From the IMG/VR virus record IMGVR_UViG_3300032092_000009, positions 1 through 64,000 of that record: DNA of 64,000 bases. One strand, given 5' to 3'. This document shows positions 48,301-57,298 of this stretch, piece by piece; position 1 is the stretch's first letter, and each line of letters opens with the position of its first letter. The stretch comes from a virus. Its lineage: Duplodnaviria > Caudoviricetes. The notes below the pieces were generated by a model. The model made no database searches. It worked only from the letters and a program-made list of their open reading frames with translations, and was not told the DNA's origin. Both the position numbers and the translations under genes were made by a program.

Positions 48301-50041
48301 TTTTGACTTTAATGCTTTTAACGGAACTGGTTTATATAGAGGCTCAACAGGTAGTTGGAGTAATAGACCACCTTCAGGACATAATGGAGGAGCTGTCTTA
48401 CAGATAGACACCCATCCTGGAAACTACCACTCTCAATTGTATTTTGACACAGGGGCAGAGAGACTCTACTTCCGAAATGCTAATGCAGGAACTTGGGGAA
48501 ACTGGTTGACTGTACTTCATAGTAGTAACTTTAACTTATACTCTCCTAGCCTAACGGGAAGTAATGCTAGTGGAACATGGAATATCAATGTAACTGGAAG
48601 TGCAGGATCAGTAGCATGGACTAACGTAAGTTCTCGCCCTACTGCTTTATCTCAATTTACCAACGATCTAGGCAACCTATCTTCAACAGGTGGTACAATA
48701 ACTGGTGACTTAAACCTACAGTATAGTTATCCTCGTATTAATTTTTATGATACAGACAATGACTCTGATTACTCTTTAATTAATAATAATGGTAACTTTA
48801 GTCTTTACGACATTAATAACAACGTTCATCGTTTTGTAGTCTTAGCTGGGGGAAATGTAGGAATCAATACTACTAGTCCTGCTAACTTACTTACCGTTAA
48901 CGGCAGTACAAGAATTGTTACTCATGCCCAGCAAGGTCTATTTGGCTATGATGATCCTACAGGAGGATCTTTTATCTGGTCGATAACTAGATATACAGAC
49001 GGAGATGGTAACGATTTAAATATTAATGCTTTAGCAGGTTTTGCAGTAAAAACAGGAGCTAGTTCTCTTACCAATAGTGGACACCAGTTTTATATAAACT
49101 CAAGTGGAAACGTAGGTATAGGAACCAGACTACCTGTAGGTCAATTAAATGTATTCGGTGGAACAGGTAATAACGCTGCTATCTTAACTCTTCAATCTCA
49201 GTCTGGAGGAAACGGTAACACGGGTATTTATTTTAGGCCTTATCAAAATGAAACTTTTGCTAATAGTGCAGAAGCCCAAGCAGCTATTTTGGCTCAAGAT
49301 GCTAGTTACTCTGCACATATTAAATTCCTAACCAAGGTTCCTGGCTCAGGTACAAACTCTTTAACAGAGAGAATGCGTCTTACTAGTACAGGTAATCTTC
49401 TGATAGGTACTACTACAGATAACGGATTTAAGTTAACTGTAAGCGGAACTGCTAACATTACGAACAATGTTAAGGTAGGATCAAATACTTTTGTTGTAGA
49501 TACTGTAAACAATAGAGTTGGTATCGGAGGAAGTGCTACACCATCCTACACTCTTGAGGTATTAGGTAAAGGCTTTTTTAACGAACAAGTTATTATTGCA
49601 AATGGTGAGGGTCTTTCTCTCTTGAATAATAATGTTCAGATTAAACCACCTGTAATAAACTCACTAGGTTTCTATACTGGCACAAGTGGTGCTAATGAAA
49701 GGATGCGTATCACTCCTTCAGGTAATGTAGGAATTAATACAACAAGTCCAACTACTCTTTTAAATATTAAGGGTACCAGTACTACATCAGCTCTTGCTTC
49801 TTTTAAGGTAGAAAATTTTTCAGGAGATCCTGGAATTATTGTAAATGATGCAGGTAACTTGTTAGTAGGAACAGCTTCTGATTCAGGAAATAGATTAGAG
49901 GTAAATGGAACAGTTAATGCAACTGGATATAAACTTAATGGAGTAACAGGTTATACAGGAATGGTTACTATACAACAAGCACCTCCGATGCCTCCTATAA
50001 CTTTTGATATTCAGAATGGTATAATCATGAGCGTCACCTAA
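45347..50041 (+). CDS. large tail fibre/receptor-binding protein
   Basis: SQFTN.SGYLT, W..W..I.HSGN and GNVGI.T repeats. Confidence 0.82.
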   Translation: MANLLSSTTVGGSAVITTSNIGSYAITSLSGYATQSWVQSQGYLTSVPAQSWASITSKPFLLTLNYDQGSPWAGNTGGSGRNLVASFHGASGNSVITFGSGNGDLNLSVDGNVYVNEGQDILASRTWVSTSGNAATATTFSSNRTNYKNNTDNAVAGQLMWKAYGNNHTIFDASASTAPDGTSVNNTNSAVAWTGTYPTLMGWNGSTTYGVRVDSARVADTVTTAPTVYWNSIVGKPTGNTGLVQFGDYINQPTFAGKTLTMHPSTIKTLLWGGNGSRYTVTTSTTGTYPQAGSTYIVTYELIDGSNSVYSSGNIYCGFWNNCPPTNITVRVQNTSGTWYGPYQGSNIGVGYFEYWKIPCGGPNFIKAWEITFTPTAGCNVALMTVDIVIDNSEGIDQDPFVSRGGSSMLGNLTLSGGATLNLTGSANKVIAINPGNGYDAMIRYNGGSGTNWYVGKRNTNQLVDSASFHFYSDAAGQTVAGIDTSGNSFAIGSFRAPVFYDSNDTNYYGNFNGTSVVNSIRFGTSTNNSTFSGDGAWGIKLYNDNGYIQFGPANTSHAHIYTDRANFYFNKDILINGNSVITTSTIGSQTAGSVTGLTLTSSANNLNPDNVTQNQIGYNTSVSLFGQTDGGLYSSAYSSSWIHQIYGDFRSGQIAVRGKNNGTWQSWRTILDSGNYTSYSPSLTGSGASGTWGISITGNSAYATNSTRLYASDSPYTYGGAAPYYMYMNYDGGSYWELKVSPATPGAVRVAYSNNSGAVGNIDVSRIVYGDGARGRSTSKIGGNANTSDSSNSSGFYFGNAVAGMPSTDWWNWLTVAGNSWSGGDGYAYQMAGSFWGDDFRLRRMTSGTWNSWLTIIHSGNIGSQSVNYATTAGALSSMNISQFSNNSGYLTGITSGQVTGALGYTPYNSSNPNGYITSSGSISGNAATATTANALTSMNISQFTNNSGYLTSLPSHNHDDRYYTESEIDSQISGRLYQASVNTFDFNAFNGTGLYRGSTGSWSNRPPSGHNGGAVLQIDTHPGNYHSQLYFDTGAERLYFRNANAGTWGNWLTVLHSSNFNLYSPSLTGSNASGTWNINVTGSAGSVAWTNVSSRPTALSQFTNDLGNLSSTGGTITGDLNLQYSYPRINFYDTDNDSDYSLINNNGNFSLYDINNNVHRFVVLAGGNVGINTTSPANLLTVNGSTRIVTHAQQGLFGYDDPTGGSFIWSITRYTDGDGNDLNINALAGFAVKTGASSLTNSGHQFYINSSGNVGIGTRLPVGQLNVFGGTGNNAAILTLQSQSGGNGNTGIYFRPYQNETFANSAEAQAAILAQDASYSAHIKFLTKVPGSGTNSLTERMRLTSTGNLLIGTTTDNGFKLTVSGTANITNNVKVGSNTFVVDTVNNRVGIGGSATPSYTLEVLGKGFFNEQVIIANGEGLSLLNNNVQIKPPVINSLGFYTGTSGANERMRITPSGNVGINTTSPTTLLNIKGTSTTSALASFKVENFSGDPGIIVNDAGNLLVGTASDSGNRLEVNGTVNATGYKLNGVTGYTGMVTIQQAPPMPPITFDIQNGIIMSVT

Positions 50042-50049
50042 GCTACTAC

Positions 50050-50079
50050 TTGACAAAATAACTAATAACATTATATTTG
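50050..50079 (+). promoter_or_regulatory. Bacteroidota promoter
   Basis: TTGAC...N19...TATATTTG. Similar sites at 50621-50652, 51042-51071 and 59512-59541. Confidence 0.7.
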
Positions 50080-50115
50080 TAATGTATACAAAACTAAAAT
50101 TATAATTTTACAACA

Positions 50116-50619
50116 ATGGCACTTAAAATCACAAAAAGCATTGGTACCGATAAAGGTATTACCAATGAGGCATACATCCGTATTGCCGACTACCAAATTT
50201 CTAAAACTGGTAACGCTAACTTCCGTATCCAGATTTACTTGAACGAAGCAGACGCTACTCCTAACGTTTCTATGGGTCCTTCAGGTGTTGAGCAAGCACG
50301 TAACCAACAAATTGGTGAGTACTTGTCTGTATCCTTGACTAAGCAAGTAGAAGAAGTTAAGACTCGTACTATGATGCGTCCAGTTGAAGTAGATGTAGTT
50401 AAGACTCGCACTATCACCAACGAAGAGGGTGAAGAAGTAACCGAAGAATACACTGTAAAAGAATACGTGACTGAAGAAGTTACTGAAGAGTACACTGTTA
50501 CAAACACAGTTCCTGATCTATCTTCCGCAGAAGGTGTTGACATTTTTGCATTTGGCTATAGCCACTTGAAAGCCAAACTTGTCAGTTTGTTTACTGCTGG
50601 TAAGGTAGAAGACTGTTAA
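50116..50619 (+). CDS. tail-fibre-associated protein
   Basis: Follows the fibre genes; AYIRI...Y.HLK pattern; internal VTEEYTV repeats. Confidence 0.6.
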   Translation: MALKITKSIGTDKGITNEAYIRIADYQISKTGNANFRIQIYLNEADATPNVSMGPSGVEQARNQQIGEYLSVSLTKQVEEVKTRTMMRPVEVDVVKTRTITNEEGEEVTEEYTVKEYVTEEVTEEYTVTNTVPDLSSAEGVDIFAFGYSHLKAKLVSLFTAGKVEDC

Positions 50620-50677
50620 TTTGGCAGGATTTATAAAAAAGCATTATATTTGCATAAACCAACTAAACATATAAATC

Positions 50678-50977
50678 ATGGCTACTAAATTAACTGAACA
50701 AGAAATCGAAGCAATCAAAGGCTTCCAGCAAAAGACTCAAAACGTAATTATGGATTTGGGTAAGATCGAACTTCAAATGAATGACTTGCTTTCTGTAAAA
50801 GAGAAGGTAAAAGAAGCAATGGCAGAAGTAGTAAAAGAACAGAATGAGTTCTTCCAGACTATCGAAGCTAGCTACGGTAAAGGTCAAATCAATTTGGATT
50901 CATTTGAATTTATTCCTGCTGAAGCACCTGTTGATGAAACTCCTGTAGTTCCTTTTACTCAGGCAGAAGTATTGTAA
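50678..50977 (+). CDS. coiled-coil protein
   Basis: KLTEQEI...LGKIE...YGKGQINL pattern. Confidence 0.7.
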   Translation: MATKLTEQEIEAIKGFQQKTQNVIMDLGKIELQMNDLLSVKEKVKEAMAEVVKEQNEFFQTIEASYGKGQINLDSFEFIPAEAPVDETPVVPFTQAEVL

Positions 50978-50995
50978 TTTAACTTTATTTCATAA

Positions 50996-51027
50996 AGACC
51001 CTCAGAGAAATCTGGGGGTTTTTTGTT
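50996..51027 (+). terminator. intrinsic terminator
   Basis: ACCCTCAGA-GAAA-TCTGGGGT followed by a T-run. Confidence 0.75.
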
Positions 51028-51246
51028 TTATAGCCAACTAGTTGACTTATTTTTTTAAAGTTTTATCTTTGCCCATAACCAACCTTTTCTCACTTAAGTA
51101 CCGTTTATGAAAGTCCGAAGTTGCTTTGAACATCCTTTCAGATATCACTGTGCTAGTGAGTTTAACTGTTTTTCTCACTGTCCTGCTTTCTAAGTGGGCC
51201 ATAGAAGACATTATTAAATTTTTAAGAAATAAAAAAAGGTAACTAT

Positions 51247-51495
51247 ATGAAACTATTAAACTTTATTGGCGGACTCTTCAAAGATGAGAAGGGTGTTGTC
51301 TCCATGAAACGCTTGTGCGGATTAGTATGCACAGCTACACTATGCGCTACATTGTACGCTAACTCTTTTACTGAAGCTCACTTTGCTCCTTCTGTTCCTT
51401 TGGTGGATGCGGTTGCTTTGTTGGCTTTTGGTTGTCTAGGTTTGACTTCTGTTGAGAAAATCATGAAGAAGCCAGAAGCACCTAGCGAAGACTAA
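51247..51495 (+). CDS. putative holin (2 TM)
   Basis: SMKRL followed by two hydrophobic helices; immediately upstream of the lysin. Confidence 0.55.
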   Translation: MKLLNFIGGLFKDEKGVVSMKRLCGLVCTATLCATLYANSFTEAHFAPSVPLVDAVALLAFGCLGLTSVEKIMKKPEAPSED

Positions 51496-51525
51496 TTTAC
51501 TATAAACTATAAACTATAAACAACT

Positions 51526-52113
51526 ATGAGCTACACAAGAGAACAAATCGAAGCGGCTATGAAAGCCAAAGGTTATAAGTACTTTGAGAATGGAGATTTT
51601 AACGTAAACATTATTGGTGTACGTAACTCTTCTACTGGTACTAAAGTAACTAACGTATTTGACGATCACTTAACTCTTTCTTACAAAGAAGGTGGTGAGT
51701 GGAAATTTAAAATCTGGCCTGCTACTACAGATCCAGGAACTAAGGGTGTTAAAGAATTCCATAACGCTGCAGGTGTTGCACGTTTGGTACCTGGTCAATA
51801 CTCAGGTTCACACCATGTAGGATTGCACCAAGGTAAGTACGAAGCCCTTAAGCAAAAGGCTAACGTTAAAGTTTACCGTGATGCTAACAAAGACATGAAC
51901 TATGACGAGTCCAAGATACAAGAAGGCATCTTCGGTATTAATATTCATAAAGCTGGTGCAGACTCTACCTACGTTGAAAACTGGAGCGAAGGTTGCCAAG
52001 TGTTCAAGAAGTCTGCTGACTTTGATGCATTCATGGTTATCTGTAAGAAGGCTGCGGCATTGGGTGGTAACTCTTTCACTTATACTCTTATTGAATCTAA
52101 AGATATCAAGTAA
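51526..52113 (+). CDS. putative endolysin, L,D-transpeptidase (YkuD)-like catalytic motif
   Basis: NIIGVR, TTDPG and GINIHKAG...WSEGCQV (H-x14-C) motifs. Confidence 0.65.
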   Translation: MSYTREQIEAAMKAKGYKYFENGDFNVNIIGVRNSSTGTKVTNVFDDHLTLSYKEGGEWKFKIWPATTDPGTKGVKEFHNAAGVARLVPGQYSGSHHVGLHQGKYEALKQKANVKVYRDANKDMNYDESKIQEGIFGINIHKAGADSTYVENWSEGCQVFKKSADFDAFMVICKKAAALGGNSFTYTLIESKDIK

Positions 52114-52584
52114 ATGAAAGGACTTCTAGTAAGTCTTTTCCTAATTCTTTCTATCCCCTGTTCTTCTCAAATCAATGTGATGAAGGCAGGGGATGGTTGG
52201 GATTTAAAGGTAGACTCGGCCTTAGCATTAATTGCTCAAACTGATGTCAACGCTTATACTAGAGTAATAGATGTCTGCCAAGTAATAGACTTCTGGATTA
52301 GCCCCTATTCCTCTAATACAATCTCCCAAGATGGTGGAACTATATTTATCGCTACAGGAGACATAAAAACGAATTCACTCAATAACCTAGCTTGTGTTAT
52401 TGTACATGAAAGTCTTCACTTATACTACTTGTTACATCCAGTAGAACAGTCACAGGACGAAGAAGAACTTAAGTGTTATATCTACGAGTTAGACTTTATA
52501 AAAAAACTACCAACCCCAGAGCCTTGGTTACAGGCAAATGCAATTGAACAATTACATAAATTAACTAAAACAAAAACAAAATGA
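52114..52584 (+). CDS. exported zincin-like metalloprotease
   Basis: Signal peptide ending SS-Q; VIVHESLH HExxH motif with downstream EE. Confidence 0.65.
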   Translation: MKGLLVSLFLILSIPCSSQINVMKAGDGWDLKVDSALALIAQTDVNAYTRVIDVCQVIDFWISPYSSNTISQDGGTIFIATGDIKTNSLNNLACVIVHESLHLYYLLHPVEQSQDEEELKCYIYELDFIKKLPTPEPWLQANAIEQLHKLTKTKTK

Positions 52585-54479
52585 ATAAACTATTTAAAGT
52601 AATCATCGGGGTGTTGACATTGTTGGTTGGCAATGTATCAGCACAAAGTTCTGCTACCTCTCCAGGTACAGGTCATTGGGTTGTAATCGACTCAGGTTAT
52701 CAAGTAGCTACAAACACTGTAGGACAGACTGTAGCTCCTCTACACTTCTACAATACCTCTACTTCTGAAAAGATCACAGGTATGCAGTTCCGTGTATTCT
52801 ACGATAAGACAGCTTTCACAGCAGTTGTTCCTTCTCTTAAGATTTCTTCTACTGATCAATACTTGCAGTATGTAGATAGTAACACACAAGGTTTCTTAAC
52901 TGTTACATTGGCTTACACTGGATCTAGCTCAACATTTAACTACTCTAATGGAGCTACATTTGATCTTACCTTCACACACGCAAGCGCAGCTGTATGGAAC
53001 ACATTGGATTCTATTAAGACTCTTAAGGTATCAGGTGTTAAATCATTCGCTAACAAAGCCGCTACTAACTGGGGTAACGATACTACTTTAGTAGTTTACT
53101 CTTATGGTGGTCGCTTCAACCAGAAAGTATTAAGATTTGCTGCTAAGTTTAAAAACGTAACAGGTTCTGACGCTAAGAACTTGTGGGTGTCTTTGGAAAA
53201 GAAAGCTCCTTCAGGATCTTGGACTCAAGTAGAAGCTAAAGCAACTAACTCTAGTGGTGTTGTTGTATTCCGTAAATTCTTGGATACTACTTACTGGGAT
53301 GTACGTATGGTTGTTAAGGGAGATACTATGACCCCTGGTAACGTATTCTCTACTGCAGATGCACAGAAAATTAACCAGTCTATTCTAGGTCAATATGTTG
53401 CTTCAGGATTTGACTACTACACTATGGACGTAAACGGAACTGATGGAACTATTTCTATTGCTGATGTTTACTCTGTATACGGACGTTTGGCAGGTAGATT
53501 CTCTGCATGGCCTAATTCTAAGAAGGATGTAATGTTCTTTACAGTTGCTGAGTACAACTCAATTAATGGATCTGCTACTAACTTAACTTCTACTTACTCT
53601 ACTATTAATAACTTTAACTACACAATTGACGGTAGAGATTCTATCACTTACTACGTAGCTGTTAAAGGTGATGCTAACTCTACAGGATTTAAGATGGCTC
53701 GTTTAACACCTATTAAGATTGTTAACCCAGCTAATGCTAAGCGTTACATCATTGACGAGACTGTAGAATACGACTTCCCTGCAGAAACTATTGAGATCAA
53801 CATGCCTAAAGTAACTGTAGACGAAGGTAACTTGGTTAACGTACCAGTTAAAGTACTGACTAACGGAAAGAACTTAGGTGCACTACAATTAGACTTGCGT
53901 TATGACACTGCTTACTTAGAGTTTAAGAAAGTAGAAAACACTGAGAAGATGATGAAGTGGACTTCTTACTTGAACCCTTCTAATGGAATCATTTCTTGGG
54001 GAGCTGCTGACTTGACTAACGAGAACATGCTTAATGACGGAGAGCAAGTATTCACTCTTCAATTTATCGCTAAGAAGCCACAAGACTCTTGGGCTACTGC
54101 AGCTTTGTGGACAGGTGCTAAATACGTAGGAGACAAAAACTCTAAAGACATGAACATTACCCCTGCTATGGGAGTAATTGAAGTACGTAGAATTAACAAG
54201 GGAGTTGTTTCACTTAATGACTTGAACTCTATTATTACTTTTCCTAACCCTACAGAAGGTCCAGTACAAATACAATTCAAGATCAAAGAAGACAGCGAAG
54301 TAGACGTAGCTATCTCTGATGAGGTGGGAAGACGTGTACAAACGATTTTAAGAGAAAGAATGCCTGCAGGTAAGTACAAGTATAATACAAACCTAGATCG
54401 TCTCCCTAATGGCTTCTATGTACTTTCTGTAACAACTCAAAAAGAAATCTTACACTCCAAAATAATCGTACAAAAATGA
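52581..54479 (+). CDS. exported protein: cohesin-like x2, dockerin-like module, T9SS C-terminal sorting domain
   Basis: Signal peptide ..NVSA-Q; ITGMQFRVFYD and VNVPVKV..LGALQLDLRYD (cohesin-like); DVNGTDGTISIAD; C-terminal FPNPT...D..GR.V...LPNGFYVL...KIIVQK. Confidence 0.8.
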   Translation: MNKLFKVIIGVLTLLVGNVSAQSSATSPGTGHWVVIDSGYQVATNTVGQTVAPLHFYNTSTSEKITGMQFRVFYDKTAFTAVVPSLKISSTDQYLQYVDSNTQGFLTVTLAYTGSSSTFNYSNGATFDLTFTHASAAVWNTLDSIKTLKVSGVKSFANKAATNWGNDTTLVVYSYGGRFNQKVLRFAAKFKNVTGSDAKNLWVSLEKKAPSGSWTQVEAKATNSSGVVVFRKFLDTTYWDVRMVVKGDTMTPGNVFSTADAQKINQSILGQYVASGFDYYTMDVNGTDGTISIADVYSVYGRLAGRFSAWPNSKKDVMFFTVAEYNSINGSATNLTSTYSTINNFNYTIDGRDSITYYVAVKGDANSTGFKMARLTPIKIVNPANAKRYIIDETVEYDFPAETIEINMPKVTVDEGNLVNVPVKVLTNGKNLGALQLDLRYDTAYLEFKKVENTEKMMKWTSYLNPSNGIISWGAADLTNENMLNDGEQVFTLQFIAKKPQDSWATAALWTGAKYVGDKNSKDMNITPAMGVIEVRRINKGVVSLNDLNSIITFPNPTEGPVQIQFKIKEDSEVDVAISDEVGRRVQTILRERMPAGKYKYNTNLDRLPNGFYVLSVTTQKEILHSKIIVQK

Positions 54480-54823
54480 ACATTAAAAAAGCACTTGGTT
54501 TTAGCCAAGCAGAACCAGTAGTAGTAGATCCTAAGAATAGGTTCTATTATATGCTACAACAAATGCAAGCCAATCGTTGGAAGATCACTGCTATCGTATT
54601 AGGTTTGTTCTTCTTTATTATCCTTGGTATTAACTCAGCTGTATTCTTCGGAGTAGAGATTGCGGAGAACTGGAAAGAAATGTTGCTTATTCTTTTTGGA
54701 GCATTCGTAGGTAATTTGAACAAAGTAGTAGACTACTGGTTTAATTCTGAAGATCGAGATAAGATGCTAATACAGAAGGTGGATGAGGAAGATGGTGAAT
54801 CATTGTCAAATAATAATCCATAA
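54476..54823 (+). CDS. 2-TM membrane protein
   Basis: Two TM helices; LFGAF...VVDYWFNS pattern. Confidence 0.65.
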   Translation: MNIKKALGFSQAEPVVVDPKNRFYYMLQQMQANRWKITAIVLGLFFFIILGINSAVFFGVEIAENWKEMLLILFGAFVGNLNKVVDYWFNSEDRDKMLIQKVDEEDGESLSNNNP

Positions 54824-54827
54824 TAAT

Positions 54828-55151
54828 ATGTCAGAAGAACAAGAAGAAAGCGTAATGTCAGCTACTAAGAAAGCTATCATTGGCGCAGTCACCACTGCTG
54901 TAACTGCAGGAGGTGCATGGTTTGCCACTCACTTTGGTGGCGGTGAAGAACCTAAAGAAGAAGCTAAAACAGAACAAGCACCCGCTGCTGCTCCTGTGAT
55001 TAACTTGAATCTAGAGAACAACAACACTAACCAGCAGAAACAATCTTCAGGTGGAACTACTACTATCATCAAAGAAAGAACAGTAGAAAAACCTGCAGCT
55101 CAATCTGCTCCTGCAACCAAACCACAAGCTGATGAGGAAGATCCTTGGTAA
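54828..55151 (+). CDS. single-TM protein with low-complexity C-terminal tail (probable start MSEEQ)
   Basis: KAIIGAVTTAVTAGGAWF anchor; PVINLNLENNN segment. Confidence 0.6.
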   Translation: MSEEQEESVMSATKKAIIGAVTTAVTAGGAWFATHFGGGEEPKEEAKTEQAPAAAPVINLNLENNNTNQQKQSSGGTTTIIKERTVEKPAAQSAPATKPQADEEDPW

Positions 55152-55839
55152 ATGGTTTAACAAGTTCATGACTCTTGTAGTCTTGACCTTAGCAGGTTGT
55201 GGTTCTATGAAGACTACTACCGAAGAAGATAAAGTGGAGGTTAAAGACATCTCCACTGTATCTAATTATAGTGATTCTATTAAAAAAACAGTACAAGTGG
55301 TAAGCGTAGATATGACCAAGGTACTTGCTCTTTATCCTGCTCTTCAGGAAAAGAACGTAGGTCTTGGATTTGCAGAATCTGTTTTGGATTATTTGGATGA
55401 AACAAACAGATTTATATTTACGGAAGAAAAATCAGAGATCAAAGAAAGAATGGTCACTCAATTCAAAGCATCAAAGAAAGGCGTATTCGATGAGCCTATT
55501 GATGGCAAAGGTAAGATTAAGCCTGCTCACTACTTTGTGTATGTTACTGTGGCTGATTTTGCTGTTGATGAAGACGAGCAAGTTGATGGCCTTAAGTCAA
55601 AAGTTGTTGTCACTACCTTCATTCGTTTACAAGTTCGCTTTGTGGACGCTAAAACAGGTCAGATCTATATTGGATCTGGCGAAGGAGAGTCGACTAAGAC
55701 TGGTGAATCATTCTTAAAATCTTTAGATGATATGAAGTTCTCTCAAAGCACAGTAGGTAAAGCTACTCGTAAATCTTTGGAGACAGCTTGTACTAATGTG
55801 ATTCAAAATCTCATTAAGTCAGGTGTATTTAAAAACTAA
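55132..55839 (+). CDS. CsgG/HfaB-like lipoprotein
   Basis: Lipobox LAG-C; L.ETNRF..TEE, V.DF, IRLQVRFVDAKTGQI..GSGEG motifs. Confidence 0.72.
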   Translation: MRKILGKWFNKFMTLVVLTLAGCGSMKTTTEEDKVEVKDISTVSNYSDSIKKTVQVVSVDMTKVLALYPALQEKNVGLGFAESVLDYLDETNRFIFTEEKSEIKERMVTQFKASKKGVFDEPIDGKGKIKPAHYFVYVTVADFAVDEDEQVDGLKSKVVVTTFIRLQVRFVDAKTGQIYIGSGEGESTKTGESFLKSLDDMKFSQSTVGKATRKSLETACTNVIQNLIKSGVFKN

Positions 55840-57298
55840 AATACTAATACTATTTATGATAGCTCTGTCTCTTCGGGGGCAGAGCTTTATTTATTCGTAT
55901 ACAGATCCGTGTACACAGGAGTTAAAGTTTATTAACGCAGACATGTCTAGTCCTATAGTGATTGCTTACTACGGACAGGTTAAAACTTTCTCCTACACAG
56001 AGTTACAAGATGGTACGTTTGATAATTGGATAAATAGTGTATATTTGAAGTATCAAAGTACATCACCCTGTCAAGGAGTTGGAGTAACAACTACTACAAC
56101 TACCACAACAAATACTACCCTAAACATTGTAAGCAATGTTATGAACCTAGGGGCTATTTCAAATGTTGGTAGTGTAAACGTAGACGTAGGCTCAAGTACC
56201 TCTTCAGGAACAAACATAGGAACAACAAAAACCAATAATAACAATGACAATCGAACTAGTTCTCGGAATCGTACTAGCAGTAGCTCTAGTCGTTCTAATT
56301 CTTCTGGCAGCTCGTCAGGAGAAAATGGAAAATCAAATGATGGAGGAAACTCATCAGAAAATCAAAGTGGGTCTTCATCCAACTCCAACTCCAGTGGAGA
56401 AGGCAGCGGAGAAGGTAATGGAGGAAGCAGTAGCTCCAGCTCCAGTTCCAGTAGTAGTGGAGGAAACTCCAGTGGTAGTGGAACTAGTGGAAGTAGTAGT
56501 GGAAGCTCCCAAGGTGGAGGCGGAAGTGGTGGTAAAACCGAAGAAAAAACGGAAGTACAAACCGAGGAACCCACAGAACAAAAAGTAGAAGAAACTAAAA
56601 CTGAGACTCAAAAATCTCAGTCTACTGGTACTGCAAAAGCTGCAGGAAAAGCTAAAGCCGAAGTTGCTAAGCCTGCAATCTTAGTAACTGGTGATTTAGT
56701 TGGTATTCAGACTAAGTCTGATGGAGCACAAGATGCAAGAGGTACTGCCTCTTTTACTAGAGTAAAGGGAGACGGTACTTCTTCTCTTGGGTTTTCAGCT
56801 GACTACATGGTTAACGCTAGAATAGGAAATATCTCTTGCGTACGTTCCTGGATAGGAGCAAACAAAAAAGGACACAAACATATCAGTGTTGTATCTGATG
56901 GACTTAGCATAATGCCTAAGTCAATGTCAAACACTCTTCTATTTGTAAGAGTTAATTCAGTTAAAAACTTTACAGCGCTCTACGGAGCAGCGGGAACCTA
57001 CGGTAAACTATTTGGAGAAGAAATGATTTCTACCATTGCCATAGGAGGTTTTATGTACAAAGGTAAACTTACTAAGAGTATAGACGCTACAGTTATTATG
57101 GCTGGTATCTATTCTCCTTATTCTAAGTATTACACAGAGTCTATATTTGAAGCTAAGCCTATTGTTATTCCTTTCTTCAACTTTACATATAGAATGACCA
57201 AGACTTTTGGTTTAGGTATTACTGGAGGAGGAACATACGTAGCAGGACAGGATATATTGAACTTTCAATTATTAATGGGAGCTAAGTTATTAATATGA
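55823..57298 (+). CDS. exported protein with Ser/Gly-rich linker and C-terminal putative outer-membrane beta-barrel
   Basis: Signal peptide; N-terminal YTDPC domain; about 110-aa S/G/N tract; alternating amphipathic strands to the C-terminus. Confidence 0.6.
   Translation: MYLKTKILILFMIALSLRGQSFIYSYTDPCTQELKFINADMSSPIVIAYYGQVKTFSYTELQDGTFDNWINSVYLKYQSTSPCQGVGVTTTTTTTTNTTLNIVSNVMNLGAISNVGSVNVDVGSSTSSGTNIGTTKTNNNNDNRTSSRNRTSSSSSRSNSSGSSSGENGKSNDGGNSSENQSGSSSNSNSSGEGSGEGNGGSSSSSSSSSSSGGNSSGSGTSGSSSGSSQGGGGSGGKTEEKTEVQTEEPTEQKVEETKTETQKSQSTGTAKAAGKAKAEVAKPAILVTGDLVGIQTKSDGAQDARGTASFTRVKGDGTSSLGFSADYMVNARIGNISCVRSWIGANKKGHKHISVVSDGLSIMPKSMSNTLLFVRVNSVKNFTALYGAAGTYGKLFGEEMISTIAIGGFMYKGKLTKSIDATVIMAGIYSPYSKYYTESIFEAKPIVIPFFNFTYRMTKTFGLGITGGGTYVAGQDILNFQLLMGAKLLI

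Noticed and set aside
34269-50041. Diversity-generating retroelement or invertase shufflon acting on the tail fibres
   Set aside because: No reverse transcriptase or recombinase in the window, and I saw no near-identical repeat pair differing only at adenines. The repeats are diverged at synonymous sites.
56230-56611. Alternative-frame and antisense ORFs over the Ser/Gly tract (56244+, 56362-, 56375-)
   Set aside because: By-products of low-complexity AGT/GGA codons inside 55823..57298.
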